From contig OZ025788.1 of the NCBI GenBank assembly GCA_964019425.1, forward strand, positions 1,426,001-1,490,000: a stretch of 64,000 nt of DNA, read 5' to 3'. A model generated the notes under the pieces. That model did no database searches. It was not told where the DNA came from and worked only from the letters and a program-made list of their open reading frames with translations. The position numbers and the translations under genes are program-made. The DNA is from Flectonema sp. DT1601 (Eukaryota). Shown in pieces: positions 11,283-22,468 of this stretch (positions are counted from its first letter, which is position 1; each line of letters starts with the position of its first letter).

Positions 11283-12899
11283 ATGACTATTTATAATCTG
11301 GTATTCAAACAACAAGATAATGGAGGGAGTCTGTGTACTGCTTCAGTAGTGTCAGGAGAAGTACTTCCGTTTTGTATCGCAATTGAATTGGATCCAAATT
11401 CAACGATTGGGAATGTGAGAGATGAGCTAAAGAAGAAAGCAAACCACATGAGTAGGGAAGACATTATGATGAAATATAATAATATTCACTTAGATGATGA
11501 TACTGAATGTATATCTCTCGTTGAGACTTCTGTGAAATACAAATCACATCATCGAGGGATGGGTGCACGTGATCGACTTGCTGGGAAGTCTGCTTCCATA
11601 AATCTGAGAAAACATCCGAATACTCCACCGAGTCCACATCGTGTGAGGAGTCCTGTTAATCAATTTCCTGGTTTACCTCCTGCTGGATATTTTCACGATA
11701 ATGAACAAGGTCTTCCTACTCCACCTCGTAGAAGACTCAGTCATGGGAGTGATATATCGCAAGATTCCAGACAACCATTTCGATACAGAAGACACACTCC
11801 TCCAAGAGGTAGGGAATCACCAGCTAATACTCCTCCACTTGAGTGTTCGAATGACTACTCACCGACGTTTGATGCGATTTCTTCACCTGCAAATTCTGAT
11901 CCGAATACACCCCCAGAGATACTACTCGCCGGGTCAGCTTCACAAAACCCCCTCCAGGGAGGCACAACCGACACCAATGCCGAAGCTTCCAAGCCAAAGT
12001 CAATCCCAGCGAAATGTGTGGACCTGTTTGGATTACCAGCAATAATCGGAGGGGTTTGTTGTTGTATTGGACTCGCTTTCCTAATTGTTGGAATAATATT
12101 AGTAGCTGGAGACACTCTGTCAAGTGGAGAGTGTAACTCATCACATCATTCTTGGATGTTCACGTGTGCGTTTAATGACGGGAGTGGATCCTTCCCAGTC
12201 GGTTGGTATTCAAAACCTACATTACTCGTCAACTGGGGTGAGTCTGGTAGACTTGGAGTGTTTGATCCTCCGAAGACTTTACAACCGAATTCAAGTTGTG
12301 AATCTGGAATAGGTATTGGAGGGTACTATCCTTCTGTACCGAGTGATCAATGTGTTGAGTATTGTACTCATTGGTGTCGAGTTAAGGAACACCAAGTCTT
12401 GAAAGATGGTTCTGCAGCCACCGGCAGCATCTGCTGCGAAGCAACAACAGAACCGACTTGCACATGCACTGCTCACAAGCATCCGAGTGTTGTAGTTGTT
12501 GGTAACACGTCGAGCTATGCTGTTGAGTATAAGTTTACTCTGAGTGAGTCTAGCGATGTTATTGAAAAGGAAAACAGACATTGTTCTAATATAAGTATGA
12601 ATGGAATAGACACTGAAGACAATTGTTACATTCAATCCTTTAGAATGTTATCCTCTCTGTTGAAACCATTTCCCTGTCACACAGATGACTACGTTCCACG
12701 AAATGGTCGGAAAGACGATCGATGTTTTTATGGATCAGTTAGTGACGATACTAATCCAACTGTTGGGGTTCCTATTTTAGTAATTGGATTATCGATAACT
12801 GGAATTATTTTATGTATTATTTCAGCACTTCAAAAAAATAAAGATCCTCACTCTCCAACACTCTGGAATCCAAATAACCGATTCTTAGGAAGGTTCTGA
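11283..12899 (+). CDS. Paralog B of the UBL-TM-Cys-rich membrane protein, without the tandem repeats
   Basis: Same start MTIYNLVFKQQDNGGSLCTA and near-identical TM/Cys-rich block (~9734-10390 vs ~12025-12681). Confidence 0.85.
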   Translation: MTIYNLVFKQQDNGGSLCTASVVSGEVLPFCIAIELDPNSTIGNVRDELKKKANHMSREDIMMKYNNIHLDDDTECISLVETSVKYKSHHRGMGARDRLAGKSASINLRKHPNTPPSPHRVRSPVNQFPGLPPAGYFHDNEQGLPTPPRRRLSHGSDISQDSRQPFRYRRHTPPRGRESPANTPPLECSNDYSPTFDAISSPANSDPNTPPEILLAGSASQNPLQGGTTDTNAEASKPKSIPAKCVDLFGLPAIIGGVCCCIGLAFLIVGIILVAGDTLSSGECNSSHHSWMFTCAFNDGSGSFPVGWYSKPTLLVNWGESGRLGVFDPPKTLQPNSSCESGIGIGGYYPSVPSDQCVEYCTHWCRVKEHQVLKDGSAATGSICCEATTEPTCTCTAHKHPSVVVVGNTSSYAVEYKFTLSESSDVIEKENRHCSNISMNGIDTEDNCYIQSFRMLSSLLKPFPCHTDDYVPRNGRKDDRCFYGSVSDDTNPTVGVPILVIGLSITGIILCIISALQKNKDPHSPTLWNPNNRFLGRF

Positions 12900-13555
12900 A
12901 GTTATTCTTTTACAAGTTCTTATCATTCCTCCTCCTAACAAGTTGACAACCAGGAGTCGAGTCTTTTTCTTTTTTACTTGTTCTTGTTAAGAGATTCCTG
13001 TCCGCGCTGTAGTACGAAGCGTGTGAACTCTAACCTTGATGGGAACTCTTATTGTTGAGTGGAGGTTGTGCGATTACTGGAAATCATTTCCTTTCTAACT
13101 TAGTTAGGTTAGACGAAACCCTTATCAGGTTTCCTCCCTCTCTGCTAAATCGTTTTAAAGTCTCCTTTTGACGAATAGTCAGCAGCTATCTTTTACTTGT
13201 TGCAGAGGTTTCTTTTTTATTATTATTCTTCTTCACCCAAGTAGTTGATCCACTTCTTGGAGAACAGCTCTTTGGGGTCGCGTCCGTTCAGAGACGTGAG
13301 AAAAGTCACAAGTTTCTGTTCTCCCCTACCAAGTGGCCAGCTCGACTTAACGACTATTTTTAAATATTTTATACAAACATTGCATAATGTTATGTATAAG
13401 GGTATTAAATATTCTTCCCAAGTATAAACCTTCTCTCATTTTATGATATCCTTATTCGTTTATCTTATTACCCTTCTTTGGTATGTTTTTATTTTATAAA
13501 GTTTCATTAGTTTGCATTACTGTTTTTCTTTAACAGGAAATTATAAACAAGAAAA

Positions 13556-14296
13556 ATGGGAAACTCTGCTATTAAAGAAAAGATCGATCGCGCTGAATCA
13601 ACTAAAATATTGAGTTTAGACGGATGTAAAGTGAAATGGAAAGAAATCGACTCAGCTCTCAAAAACATAAAAACTCTTCGGAGTTTAGATTTGAGTAACA
13701 ATTCATTGAAGGGAGATGTTGCAGGAGGAGTTGGAAGTCAAACTGATTTAAAAAAGTTATATTTGAATAACAATAAATTAGAATCACTTTCTGTTCAAAA
13801 ACTATCCTCACTGGAAGAACTGACAGCGTCTCAAAATAAAATTCAAAAAATTGATTTAAACGGTAATATGAAACTTAAAAAAGTTTTATTAGATAAAAAT
13901 ATCATATCATCTTTATTTATATCTCCGAGTACGCCTTTAAAAGAATTAGATTTATCGAACAACAGACTAAGTTCAATTCCCGATGAAATATTGCAACTTC
14001 CTTCTCTGACTTCATTAAACCTTTCTTATAATACCATCGTCGGGATTGATTCATCGACTTCTATTTCATGTCGCTCTCTGCAGAAATTACTCTTAACGTC
14101 GAATCAAATAACAACACTTCCTAAGGCACTCTTCACGGATACTAAATTAAACACTCTTGATATTAATAGTAATGTTATTCAACCTGAAGATTTGAAAGAA
14201 CTTGACGGATATGATGAGTGGTTGATGAGACAAAAAGGAACAATCGACAAACAAATTTCTGGAGGATTAACGGCAAAATTAATTGAAAATAAATAA
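13556..14296 (+). CDS. LRRC57: Leucine-rich repeat protein, LRRC57-like, probably N-myristoylated
   Basis: MGNSA N-terminus; repeated LxxLxLxxNxL motifs; 246 aa. Confidence 0.75.
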   Translation: MGNSAIKEKIDRAESTKILSLDGCKVKWKEIDSALKNIKTLRSLDLSNNSLKGDVAGGVGSQTDLKKLYLNNNKLESLSVQKLSSLEELTASQNKIQKIDLNGNMKLKKVLLDKNIISSLFISPSTPLKELDLSNNRLSSIPDEILQLPSLTSLNLSYNTIVGIDSSTSISCRSLQKLLLTSNQITTLPKALFTDTKLNTLDINSNVIQPEDLKELDGYDEWLMRQKGTIDKQISGGLTAKLIENK

Positions 14297-14437
14297 AAAA
14301 AGAATTATTGTTGTTGTGGGGTTTCCTTTCTTTTTTTTCTTTTTTTTTTTTTACATTTAAATTTGAAGGAGATATGCTTCTTCTTTGTCATTTCTTTTTA
14401 TTAGTTTTCTTTTTTCCGCAGCATAAAAAAAAATAAC

Positions 14438-14821
14438 ATGTCACGACAGTCACCCAAAGCCCCTCCTCGCAAGCAGGTGGAGAAGCAGCAGTCACAGGCA
14501 CACGTCGATGATACTTTTGTTTACCAACCAGAGATCGTAATGAAAAACTCTCAGCAAATTGATTTAATGAAAACTGTTGTAAACACCGCGGGAGGTGTCG
14601 TGTCTGGTGTTTGTGGACTCACTAGCTGGATGGGATTCGCTGCTTTCATAATCTACTCTGTGATAGCCACTCTCTACATCAGTCTCGTATTAATGAAGGG
14701 AAGATCATCAGAATACGTTCACCACAAAACTCCTTTATTTGGAGCAAGCAGCTTACTAAACGGAATGGTCACTTATGTTGTTGTTTGGACAATTTGTTAT
14801 GATGTTGTACACGTCTTCTAA
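14438..14821 (+). CDS. EMC6: ER membrane protein complex subunit 6 (Rab5ip/TMEM93 family)
   Basis: 127 aa; N...GGVVSGVCGLTSWMGF motif and C-terminal TYVVVWTICYDVVHVF. Confidence 0.85.
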   Translation: MSRQSPKAPPRKQVEKQQSQAHVDDTFVYQPEIVMKNSQQIDLMKTVVNTAGGVVSGVCGLTSWMGFAAFIIYSVIATLYISLVLMKGRSSEYVHHKTPLFGASSLLNGMVTYVVVWTICYDVVHVF

Positions 14822-15274
14822 TAAAGTAATCAAATAGTAGTAATGAAGGTGATTACCACTTGTCGTTGAGTGACGACTTCTGATTTGAGACGCAGTTAGG
14901 ACGCAACAATACCGATAGACTTCAGTATTAGTTTTATATAATTAATTATGAATACTAATAACATCCTATGGTGGATGGACTTGTTGTGTCATAAGTAGCT
15001 TCTTGAGAAGCAACTCTATCTACACATCTTTGACGGTGTAGTTATTAAAGTGTCGATGAAAGAGGAAAAAAAAAAAAAAAAAAAGAAAAAGACAGAGAAA
15101 AAAAACAAAACAAAAAAAAACAACGAAAAGAGTTTTCATCAAATTTTCTTTTTTTTTTTTAGTTTGTCGAAGTGTGTGATTCTTTTGGTTTTTTTTTATT
15201 TTTTTTGAAAATCGTGTACTTCTTTTTAAAACACTTTATCATAACAGTCTGGTACCAATACAACAGTTGAAAGG

Positions 15275-16034
15275 ATGGCTCTAAACAGAACAGATACCAG
15301 ACAGAGGGCGTACAACAGAATTGATACTTCAAACCCGAAAGGGAATTGGATTGACGAACCGAGTTTTAACAAATCAACAGGAGGCTGTCTAATGGGAAAC
15401 TGGTGGGAAGAACGAGAACTATCAAAGAGTATGACTGAACGTGAAAAGAACGAAAGCATCACTAGTTCCACAATAGGATCACCCAGAGTAAAGGGAGGAA
15501 TGGAGTCTACAAAGTTTTTAATAAATCCCTTGGTAGAAAACACAACTGATAAACATTTTCTAACTGTTTGTTATTTCTATTTCTTGAAATATTTTCAAAT
15601 AATTAAATAGTTATTCCGATAACACAAATACAATAAAACAGACAAATAAAAACGACTTCAACGAAACCTCCTCGTCCCTTCCCGTAAAGAGATCTAAAGT
15701 AGGAACTATGAAGGAACGAAGAATGGCTGAAATCGTAGCAACAGCTGTGGCTGCGACTCCAGAAGAGAAGCCTCCGAAGAATTATTTCTCAACGTCGTAT
15801 AAGGAAGCGACTGCTAATGTGAATCCTCCTCCTAAAATACCTGCTGAGATTTCTGATTATGTATCTGATCAACCGATCACTTTGTACACTGGAAACCCAA
15901 CTACAGGAGCTAAGATGACATTACCTGGTTGTACTGCTCAGACAGGAAAATCTCGACATGCGATCAACTCGAACTTCTCAATTCCAATAGACAGACATCC
16001 GATTGGAGGTAAACACCAAACACATCAGTTCTAA
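15275..16034 (+). CDS. SPAG8/CFAP143-like flagellar microtubule inner protein; exons 15275-15565 and 15642-16034
   Basis: GCLMGNWWEER (NWE-type motif), DYVSDQPITLY and NSNFSIP. Phase-0 GT-AG intron 15566-15641 joins two ORF-track ORFs in frame. Confidence 0.7.
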
Positions 16035-16555
16035 TTATTGAGATTTGAGTCTGATTTAGACATCATATTTGGTATTCAGTCACCACATCAACACTCTCGC
16101 CTTCTGGCAAAGAGAGTTGTTTTCATCGAATGGACGATGCTATTCATTAGATAGGAGACAATATAACACCTGACACCTTATAGACTGAAAGTTGTTGGGA
16201 TATTGTCGCTATTTGGTTGTGGAGGTTCTTGTTCCCTTTTTTTTTTTTTTTTTTTTTTTTTTGGTTTTTTTTTTGTTGCGAAAAAAAATTAAAAAAAAAG
16301 GAAACAAGAAACCAAAACACCAGTTCCCCCATACATTCCCACCCCCCAATACATTTCTTGTTTTATTATTTACTTTCCCCCTTTTTTTTCTCTTTGAAAT
16401 ATTAACTTCTCACTTCCTATTCAAGTTTTACATAATAAAGCGTGTGATGAATGAAGTCGTGTGATTAATGAGGAGGCACATCTTATCCTTTTCTGTTTAT
16501 AATTCTCTTTCTTATCATCGTGCCCAGTGAGGAGATATAAATACAACAGAAAAAG

Positions 16556-17839
16556 ATGCAGCTTTCGATAACGTTTCCTGACTCTGGATTTCCTGACTTG
16601 TTATTTACTGCCACATGTGATTCTCTTGTAAAAGAAGCATCACAAACGGCAGCTGATGAGTGGGGTGTTGTTGCTAGTGAGATTGATATTATTTTTAATG
16701 GTTCATTGTTACCATCTAATACTAAGTTAGTGTCTCATGGAATTGAAAATGATTCAGAATTAGTTGTTTTTGTTCAAAGGTTTGAAATAGATCCACTGAC
16801 TGTGTTGGTGAGGGTACGACCACTCAACAGCAGGGAACTATTATTAGAACCACAAACAGGAATAAAAATTAAAAATAATTCCATCGAAGTATTGGACAGC
16901 ACTATTTCCAGAACTTTTGAGTTCGAAAACGAGCGCATGTTTTGTAATTGTCAAAGCGCTCAAGATGAGAGCCGACCAATAGCAACACAAGAAACCATCT
17001 TTCAGGAAGCTGGAGCTCCAGCCGTGTCCAATGCCTTAAGTGGATATAACACGTGTATATTTGCTTACGGTAACACAGGTACCGGAAAGACCTACACCAT
17101 GATTGGTCTGGGGAACGAGTTGGGATTAACCCCACGAATACTGGAATTCTTGTTCTCTGAGATCGAAGGAGGTAATATAAAAGGATTTAAAGAACACGTT
17201 ATTGAAATATCGTTTTTGGAAATATACAACGAGACTCTGAGAGATTTACTTTCTCTGGACCACAAGGAACGTCTTCGAATTAGAAAGTGTCACATTAATA
17301 AGACAACGCATGTTGAAGGATTAACTAAACTAAAAGTTCACAGTGTTGAAGAGGCGATGTTAGGTATTAATCGTGGGGTTAATTGTAGTCACATGCAAGC
17401 AACTCTCATGGGAACAGTGAGTTCACGTTCACATAAAATCATTGAAATCAACATCAGATGTAAGAATCCTACTGCTGGAGTAGAACAGCATTCGAAGATA
17501 ACTTTAGTTGACTTGGCTGGATCAGAAAGATCTCCTCGTTGTATTCCTTCAATTTGGTTTGGCGAAGCAATGAAAATAAACAAATCTCTATCTTGTTTAA
17601 GAAAGATGATTGATATACTTAGTAACTCTACTTCAAGGAAGACATTTGTACCTTACAGAGACTCAATGCTAACATTTATTCTCTCCGACTGTTTTGGTGG
17701 AAATTGTAAAACCACAATGATCGCAACCTTATCACCGTCATCGATAAGTTGTGATGACAACGTGTCTACTCTGAGATTCTCTCTGATGGGTAAGAACGTT
17801 ATAAACAGAGTTCGCGTTAATAATAAAGTACTCTCCTAG
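16556..17839 (+). CDS. Tail-less kinesin motor with N-terminal ubiquitin-like domain
   Basis: P-loop GNTGTGKT, SSRSH, DLAGSE, VPYRDS; the first ~75 aa are UBL-like (IDIIFNGSLLPSNTKLVSHGIENDSELVV). Confidence 0.9.
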   Translation: MQLSITFPDSGFPDLLFTATCDSLVKEASQTAADEWGVVASEIDIIFNGSLLPSNTKLVSHGIENDSELVVFVQRFEIDPLTVLVRVRPLNSRELLLEPQTGIKIKNNSIEVLDSTISRTFEFENERMFCNCQSAQDESRPIATQETIFQEAGAPAVSNALSGYNTCIFAYGNTGTGKTYTMIGLGNELGLTPRILEFLFSEIEGGNIKGFKEHVIEISFLEIYNETLRDLLSLDHKERLRIRKCHINKTTHVEGLTKLKVHSVEEAMLGINRGVNCSHMQATLMGTVSSRSHKIIEINIRCKNPTAGVEQHSKITLVDLAGSERSPRCIPSIWFGEAMKINKSLSCLRKMIDILSNSTSRKTFVPYRDSMLTFILSDCFGGNCKTTMIATLSPSSISCDDNVSTLRFSLMGKNVINRVRVNNKVLS

Positions 17840-18035
17840 TTACTTTAGTACTCTCCTAGTTACTTTAGTACTCTCCTAGTTACTTTAGTACTCTCCTAGT
17901 TACTTTAGTACTCTCCTAGTTACTTTAGTACTCTCCTAGTTACTTTAGTACTCTCCTAGTTACTTTAATACTCTCCTAGTTACTTTAGTACTCTCCTAGT
18001 TACCTTAGTACTCTCCTAGTTACTTTAGTACTCTC
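17827..18035 (+). repeat. 20-bp minisatellite (AGTACTCTCCTAGTTACTTT), about 10 copies
   Basis: Directly visible, period 20, near-perfect. Confidence 0.97.
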
Positions 18036-18150
18036 TTCCTCCACTGCTTCATGAGTCATGTAGTTTGTCTACTTTACTTTGTTGTGTAGTTGTGAAAAGT
18101 GTTCTCGTAGTTGTTGAAATTATAAATATCTCAGAACAATTAAATAAAAG

Positions 18151-19419
18151 ATGCACATCTGGATATCATTTCCGGATACCGACTTTACTGACATTTCATT
18201 TACTGTAACTCCCGACACGAGAGTCAGAGAGGTAGTTGAAGTAGCAGCTACTGAGTGGAAAGTCGATGCCGATGTCGCAGATCTTTTAATTTCATATTCC
18301 GGACGATTGCTACCTCTTACGAGTCTTCTAATGTCGCACGGGATCGAAGCCGAATCGCAGTTGGTCGTTTCCGCACGAGTATTGCAAAAACAAAACCTTG
18401 AGGTTGTTGCTAGGATATGTCCATTAACGATGTATTCACTACAGTTTATTAGTGTTAGTAATGATAACTTAATTAATGTTCTCGATGAGTATCAAACTGT
18501 TGAAGTCTTTGAATTCGACAAAATATTTTGCAGCTCCGATGAACTTCAGGAGGATGAGCAAGAATCGATCTTCCAGGAGGTGGGAGTTCCAGCAGTGTCT
18601 AATGCCTTAGATGGATACAACAGTTGTATATTTACAATGGGTGGACGAGGTTCAGGGAAGACCTACACTATCTTTGGTACAGAGACGGATCCGGGACTTG
18701 TTCCTCGAATGGCTCATCAGTTGTTCTCTCAAATAGAAAACACCGGGGGTACGATCTCAGTGGGATTCAATGAGTACGTTGTTGAGATTTCATTCATTGA
18801 AATAAGAAAAGAAACCATTATTGATTTGCTATTAGTAGAGAGAAACAAATCATCACTCAAAGTGTATACCGATCCGCCTAGTGGTGTTTATGTTGGAGAT
18901 CTAACAAAGAAGGTAGTAACCAGTAATGATGAGGTACTCAAGGTAGTTACTGCTGGGCTTTCTCGTAGAACAACTGTTGGTGGTAATCACTCTTCTCTCT
19001 CTAATGCCATCTTACAATTTCATATTCGATCCACTAATAAAGAGATTGGGATGAAGCGATTAGTCACCATCACTTTAGTTGACCTGATGGTTTCTGATAC
19101 TCTTAGAACTTCTTATGATTGTTTGATGGAAGGTAATAGGACTCAAGATCAATCATTAATGGTGTTGAAAAAAGTGATTCGTTTATTAGCTGATCCTGGC
19201 AAAAAAAAAAAAAAAAATATTCCTTACAGAGAATCAAAGCTAACTCACCTACTCTCCAACTGCTTTGGAGGTAATTGTAAGACGACGATGATAGCAACTA
19301 TGTCAGCTGCAACTACTGAAACAAATGTGACTATCGGCACATTAAGGTGTGCGAGACATGCTAAAAAAATTACAAATAAATTAACAAACGAAGATCAGAT
19401 TATATCTTCTGATAACTAA
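18151..19419 (+). CDS. Divergent UBL-kinesin paralog with degenerate switch motifs
   Basis: UBL-like N-terminus homologous to the upstream gene; P-loop GGRGSGKT; switch I NHSSLSN; switch II DLMVSD; IPYRESKLT. Confidence 0.88.
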   Translation: MHIWISFPDTDFTDISFTVTPDTRVREVVEVAATEWKVDADVADLLISYSGRLLPLTSLLMSHGIEAESQLVVSARVLQKQNLEVVARICPLTMYSLQFISVSNDNLINVLDEYQTVEVFEFDKIFCSSDELQEDEQESIFQEVGVPAVSNALDGYNSCIFTMGGRGSGKTYTIFGTETDPGLVPRMAHQLFSQIENTGGTISVGFNEYVVEISFIEIRKETIIDLLLVERNKSSLKVYTDPPSGVYVGDLTKKVVTSNDEVLKVVTAGLSRRTTVGGNHSSLSNAILQFHIRSTNKEIGMKRLVTITLVDLMVSDTLRTSYDCLMEGNRTQDQSLMVLKKVIRLLADPGKKKKKNIPYRESKLTHLLSNCFGGNCKTTMIATMSAATTETNVTIGTLRCARHAKKITNKLTNEDQIISSDN

Positions 19420-19684
19420 CAACACATACGAAGTGTTTGAATAGCTGCGACATCTTTCTTCATTACTTACCTTGTTTACGATGTTGGTCGGTTGCGTTTA
19501 TTCTTTCCTTGCCTTTAGTACACACTTTGGATTACTTGTTAAGTAAGCAGATGTTTAATTACTTCTAATTGTCCACTTTGTAGTGATCGCGGTAGCTATT
19601 TTATTAAAATACTTTTCTCCAGTCGGGGTGGAAGTCAAATATATTTCATGCGATCTGATCAGAATTACCCGATGAGGTAGCAGA

Positions 19685-22291
19685 ATGGAAAAGTCTTCTG
19701 CCCGTAGTTTTCTTGGTCTCTCGGGGAAGAGAGAAAGTGTGTTCTCAGCTTTGGGAGGAGGAGGAGGAGGAATGAAGATAACATGCATGGGTACCAGTAG
19801 TGGACAGTCTAGACATAGCTCATTACAAAGAGCAGCTTCTCATCTGAGACCCACAAAGCCACCTACTAATCAAAGTGATAATATTGGAACACTTTCTGAA
19901 GACATGAATAATTTAACAAGTGAAATGAAACAAATCAAAAGTATGTTACTCGAAGTACTCGACAGGCAAGATATCATCGAACGAGAGCTGAGACAACCTG
20001 CTCACAAACGATTCAGCAGAAGTGTTGAAACAGTTGATTCACCTCAAGTAGATGTTTGCGATCCCCTGGCTGGAATTGTTCCTCTTAACGCTACAGGAAG
20101 ACAATCAGAAGTCTTCAAGCAATGGACGAAAAGTCGTCGTAGTGGAATTAAAGCTCTCTCTCCAAAACCAAATACTCAATCAGTCGCTAACAGCCTCAGT
20201 CAGGAAACTGGATCTGATGAAGAAGAAAATACAGAAGTTTGCCCCGGCAACGAAGATGAAGTTTTTAACCAAAAAATAACAAGCGGACTTCGATTCTTAG
20301 CAACTCGACTTCCATCAACTGGCAGTGGAGTCATACTTCCCGACGATATGACTCGAAGGACTGTCGACGTCTTTTACATCCTCTGCTGTCTTGTTGAAGC
20401 TATCGAAGTCGGGTCATCACTTACTTGGTATCGACCGTTCTCAACACTCGAACTCGTTTGTTTAAAATCATTATTTACAATTATTCATTTCTGTTTTATT
20501 GTTGCTGTATCTCGAACAGCAATACTCGAGGGATACGTTCTTGAAGATCGTTCACTTGAAGCAATTAGAACTGTCTACAGAAGTAGTTGGTTGGTGTTTG
20601 ATGTTCTCACTGCCGCCCCAGTCGACCTATTCTGCGTCTTATTAGGTAGTGTTGGTATCTCAAGGATTGTAGCAACTGCTCGAATTCTTCATTTTGTACG
20701 AATTCCGAGCCTATTAGCTACAGCAAATCCACTAAAAAAAGCAACTGGTTGGCACACAGTTTTAAAAACTATATTTTGGGGATTGTGGTGTTTGAATATT
20801 ATCGCGCTGGCATTCATATCGATTGACGGCTCAGGTCTGTCTGATATCGAGAGCTATGATGGAGATGGTAAGTTTGATGTTTATCTTCAAGGACTGTGGT
20901 GGGCAACAATAACAATATCAACAGTTGGATATGGTGATGTAATTCCAAAGAATAGATGGTCAAGAATGTTCGCTGTTCCTGTTGTTCTTTTATCTGTTTT
21001 ATTTGTATCATTCCTCACAGGTAGAATCGCTTCATCTGTAATCCGTTTAGACGCTTTTGAAAATCTCGTTGAAGAACGTAAAGCAAAACTCTACTCACTC
21101 ATGGCGAGATATCAAGTCCCGTGGGAAATTCAAAAAGAAGCATTTTCTATTTACCCGGCACTGCTGGAGAGTTCTCTGAAAGACTATTTTGATCTCCTGC
21201 TTGATCTCCCTCCTTTTATGCAAGAAAAAGTTATATTTTGTATAAAGAGAAAGATAGTCTCCCAAGTACCTCTATTCTGCAACGCCAATGAAAAGACGTT
21301 AACAGCGTTAGCGATGGTGACGCAACAAGTTCTTGTTGGACCGAATGAGTTTATAATTGAAGCAGGTCAGATTGGATATGAAATGTATTTTATAGCTCAA
21401 GGTGTTGTCGAAGTGTTAATCAAAGATGAAGATGGAGGTGACTTCTGTGCTGCTACGTTGCAATCAGGATCGTGGTTTGGTGAAATTGCCCTTCTAAAAC
21501 ACACGGAGAGAACTGCATCGGTTCGATCTGTGACAGCCTGCAGTTGTTTTAAATTATTAAAACAAGACTTCTCTGGAATTTTAAAATGTTATCCGGCCTT
21601 TGAAACTCAAATGGTTCAAGTAGTTGAAGCTCGTTTACAAGAAAACTTAAACGAGGGGTCTTTCAACAACCAGTCAGCAAATCCGTTATCCCCAGACGCA
21701 AGACAAGAATTCACTGACATCGCTGATAACATTACCGAAAGCAACAGCAGTGGTAGCGAGTATGTATTTTATGTGTTATTTATGAGTCTTTGTTCTTTAT
21801 AACAAAACATCAACACAAACAGGGTACTTGGTGATAATTCAAATTTAGAAATGAAGTTTCCAACGACTCTCAGTAACAGTCAGCGTACTTCAGTAACAAA
21901 CGCCTCTCGACTTAATCACTCACCTGCAGTGGGATCCTTTGCCTTAGATAGAGTGGTTACAAAACCTCTGAGATCATCAATATCGAAAGAAAGGGATGAC
22001 TATCGAAAATTCGGATCTGCAGTTTCTGATGCGAGACGGCTGGGAGCCTCAACAGGTGAACGAACTCTTTCTCCGAATGCTATTTCTGCATGTTCTCTTG
22101 TTCTTGATAAGCCTGCAATTAATAATAGAATTCGAAATGGTGCTCCAACTCTGTCTGTAAGATCCCCTCAATCTTTTGATTCTCCGAGATCCAAGTCACC
22201 CAGAGAAAGGTTAACTCCTCGTAGTAATGATGGAGGGTCACCTCTTAGTAATAAACGACTCGAAATTGAATTTACGAAAAAAAGTTTTTGA
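19685..22291 (+). CDS. Cyclic-nucleotide-binding-domain potassium channel; exons 19685-21759 and 21823-22291
   Basis: Selectivity filter TVGYGD, TM helices, C-linker, CNBD (FGEIALL...RTASVR). GT-AG intron 21760-21822 joins the 21851 ORF in frame. Confidence 0.9.
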
Positions 22292-22434
22292 TTTGAAACT
22301 ATTCTCTTCGGCCAACCTGCCCTGCTTTCCAGCAAGGCGATGTATTGGTTTAAAAAAAAAAGTGGAAAAAAGTGTGTTTTTTGTGTTCTTTTTATATTTT
22401 CCTAAACGCCGGTGCACAGTTCTCATTTTCGACT

Positions 22435-22468
<34 letters not shown>

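Noticed and set aside
17827..18035. CRISPR-like array
   Set aside because: Head-to-tail repeats without spacers, no cas genes, eukaryotic context.
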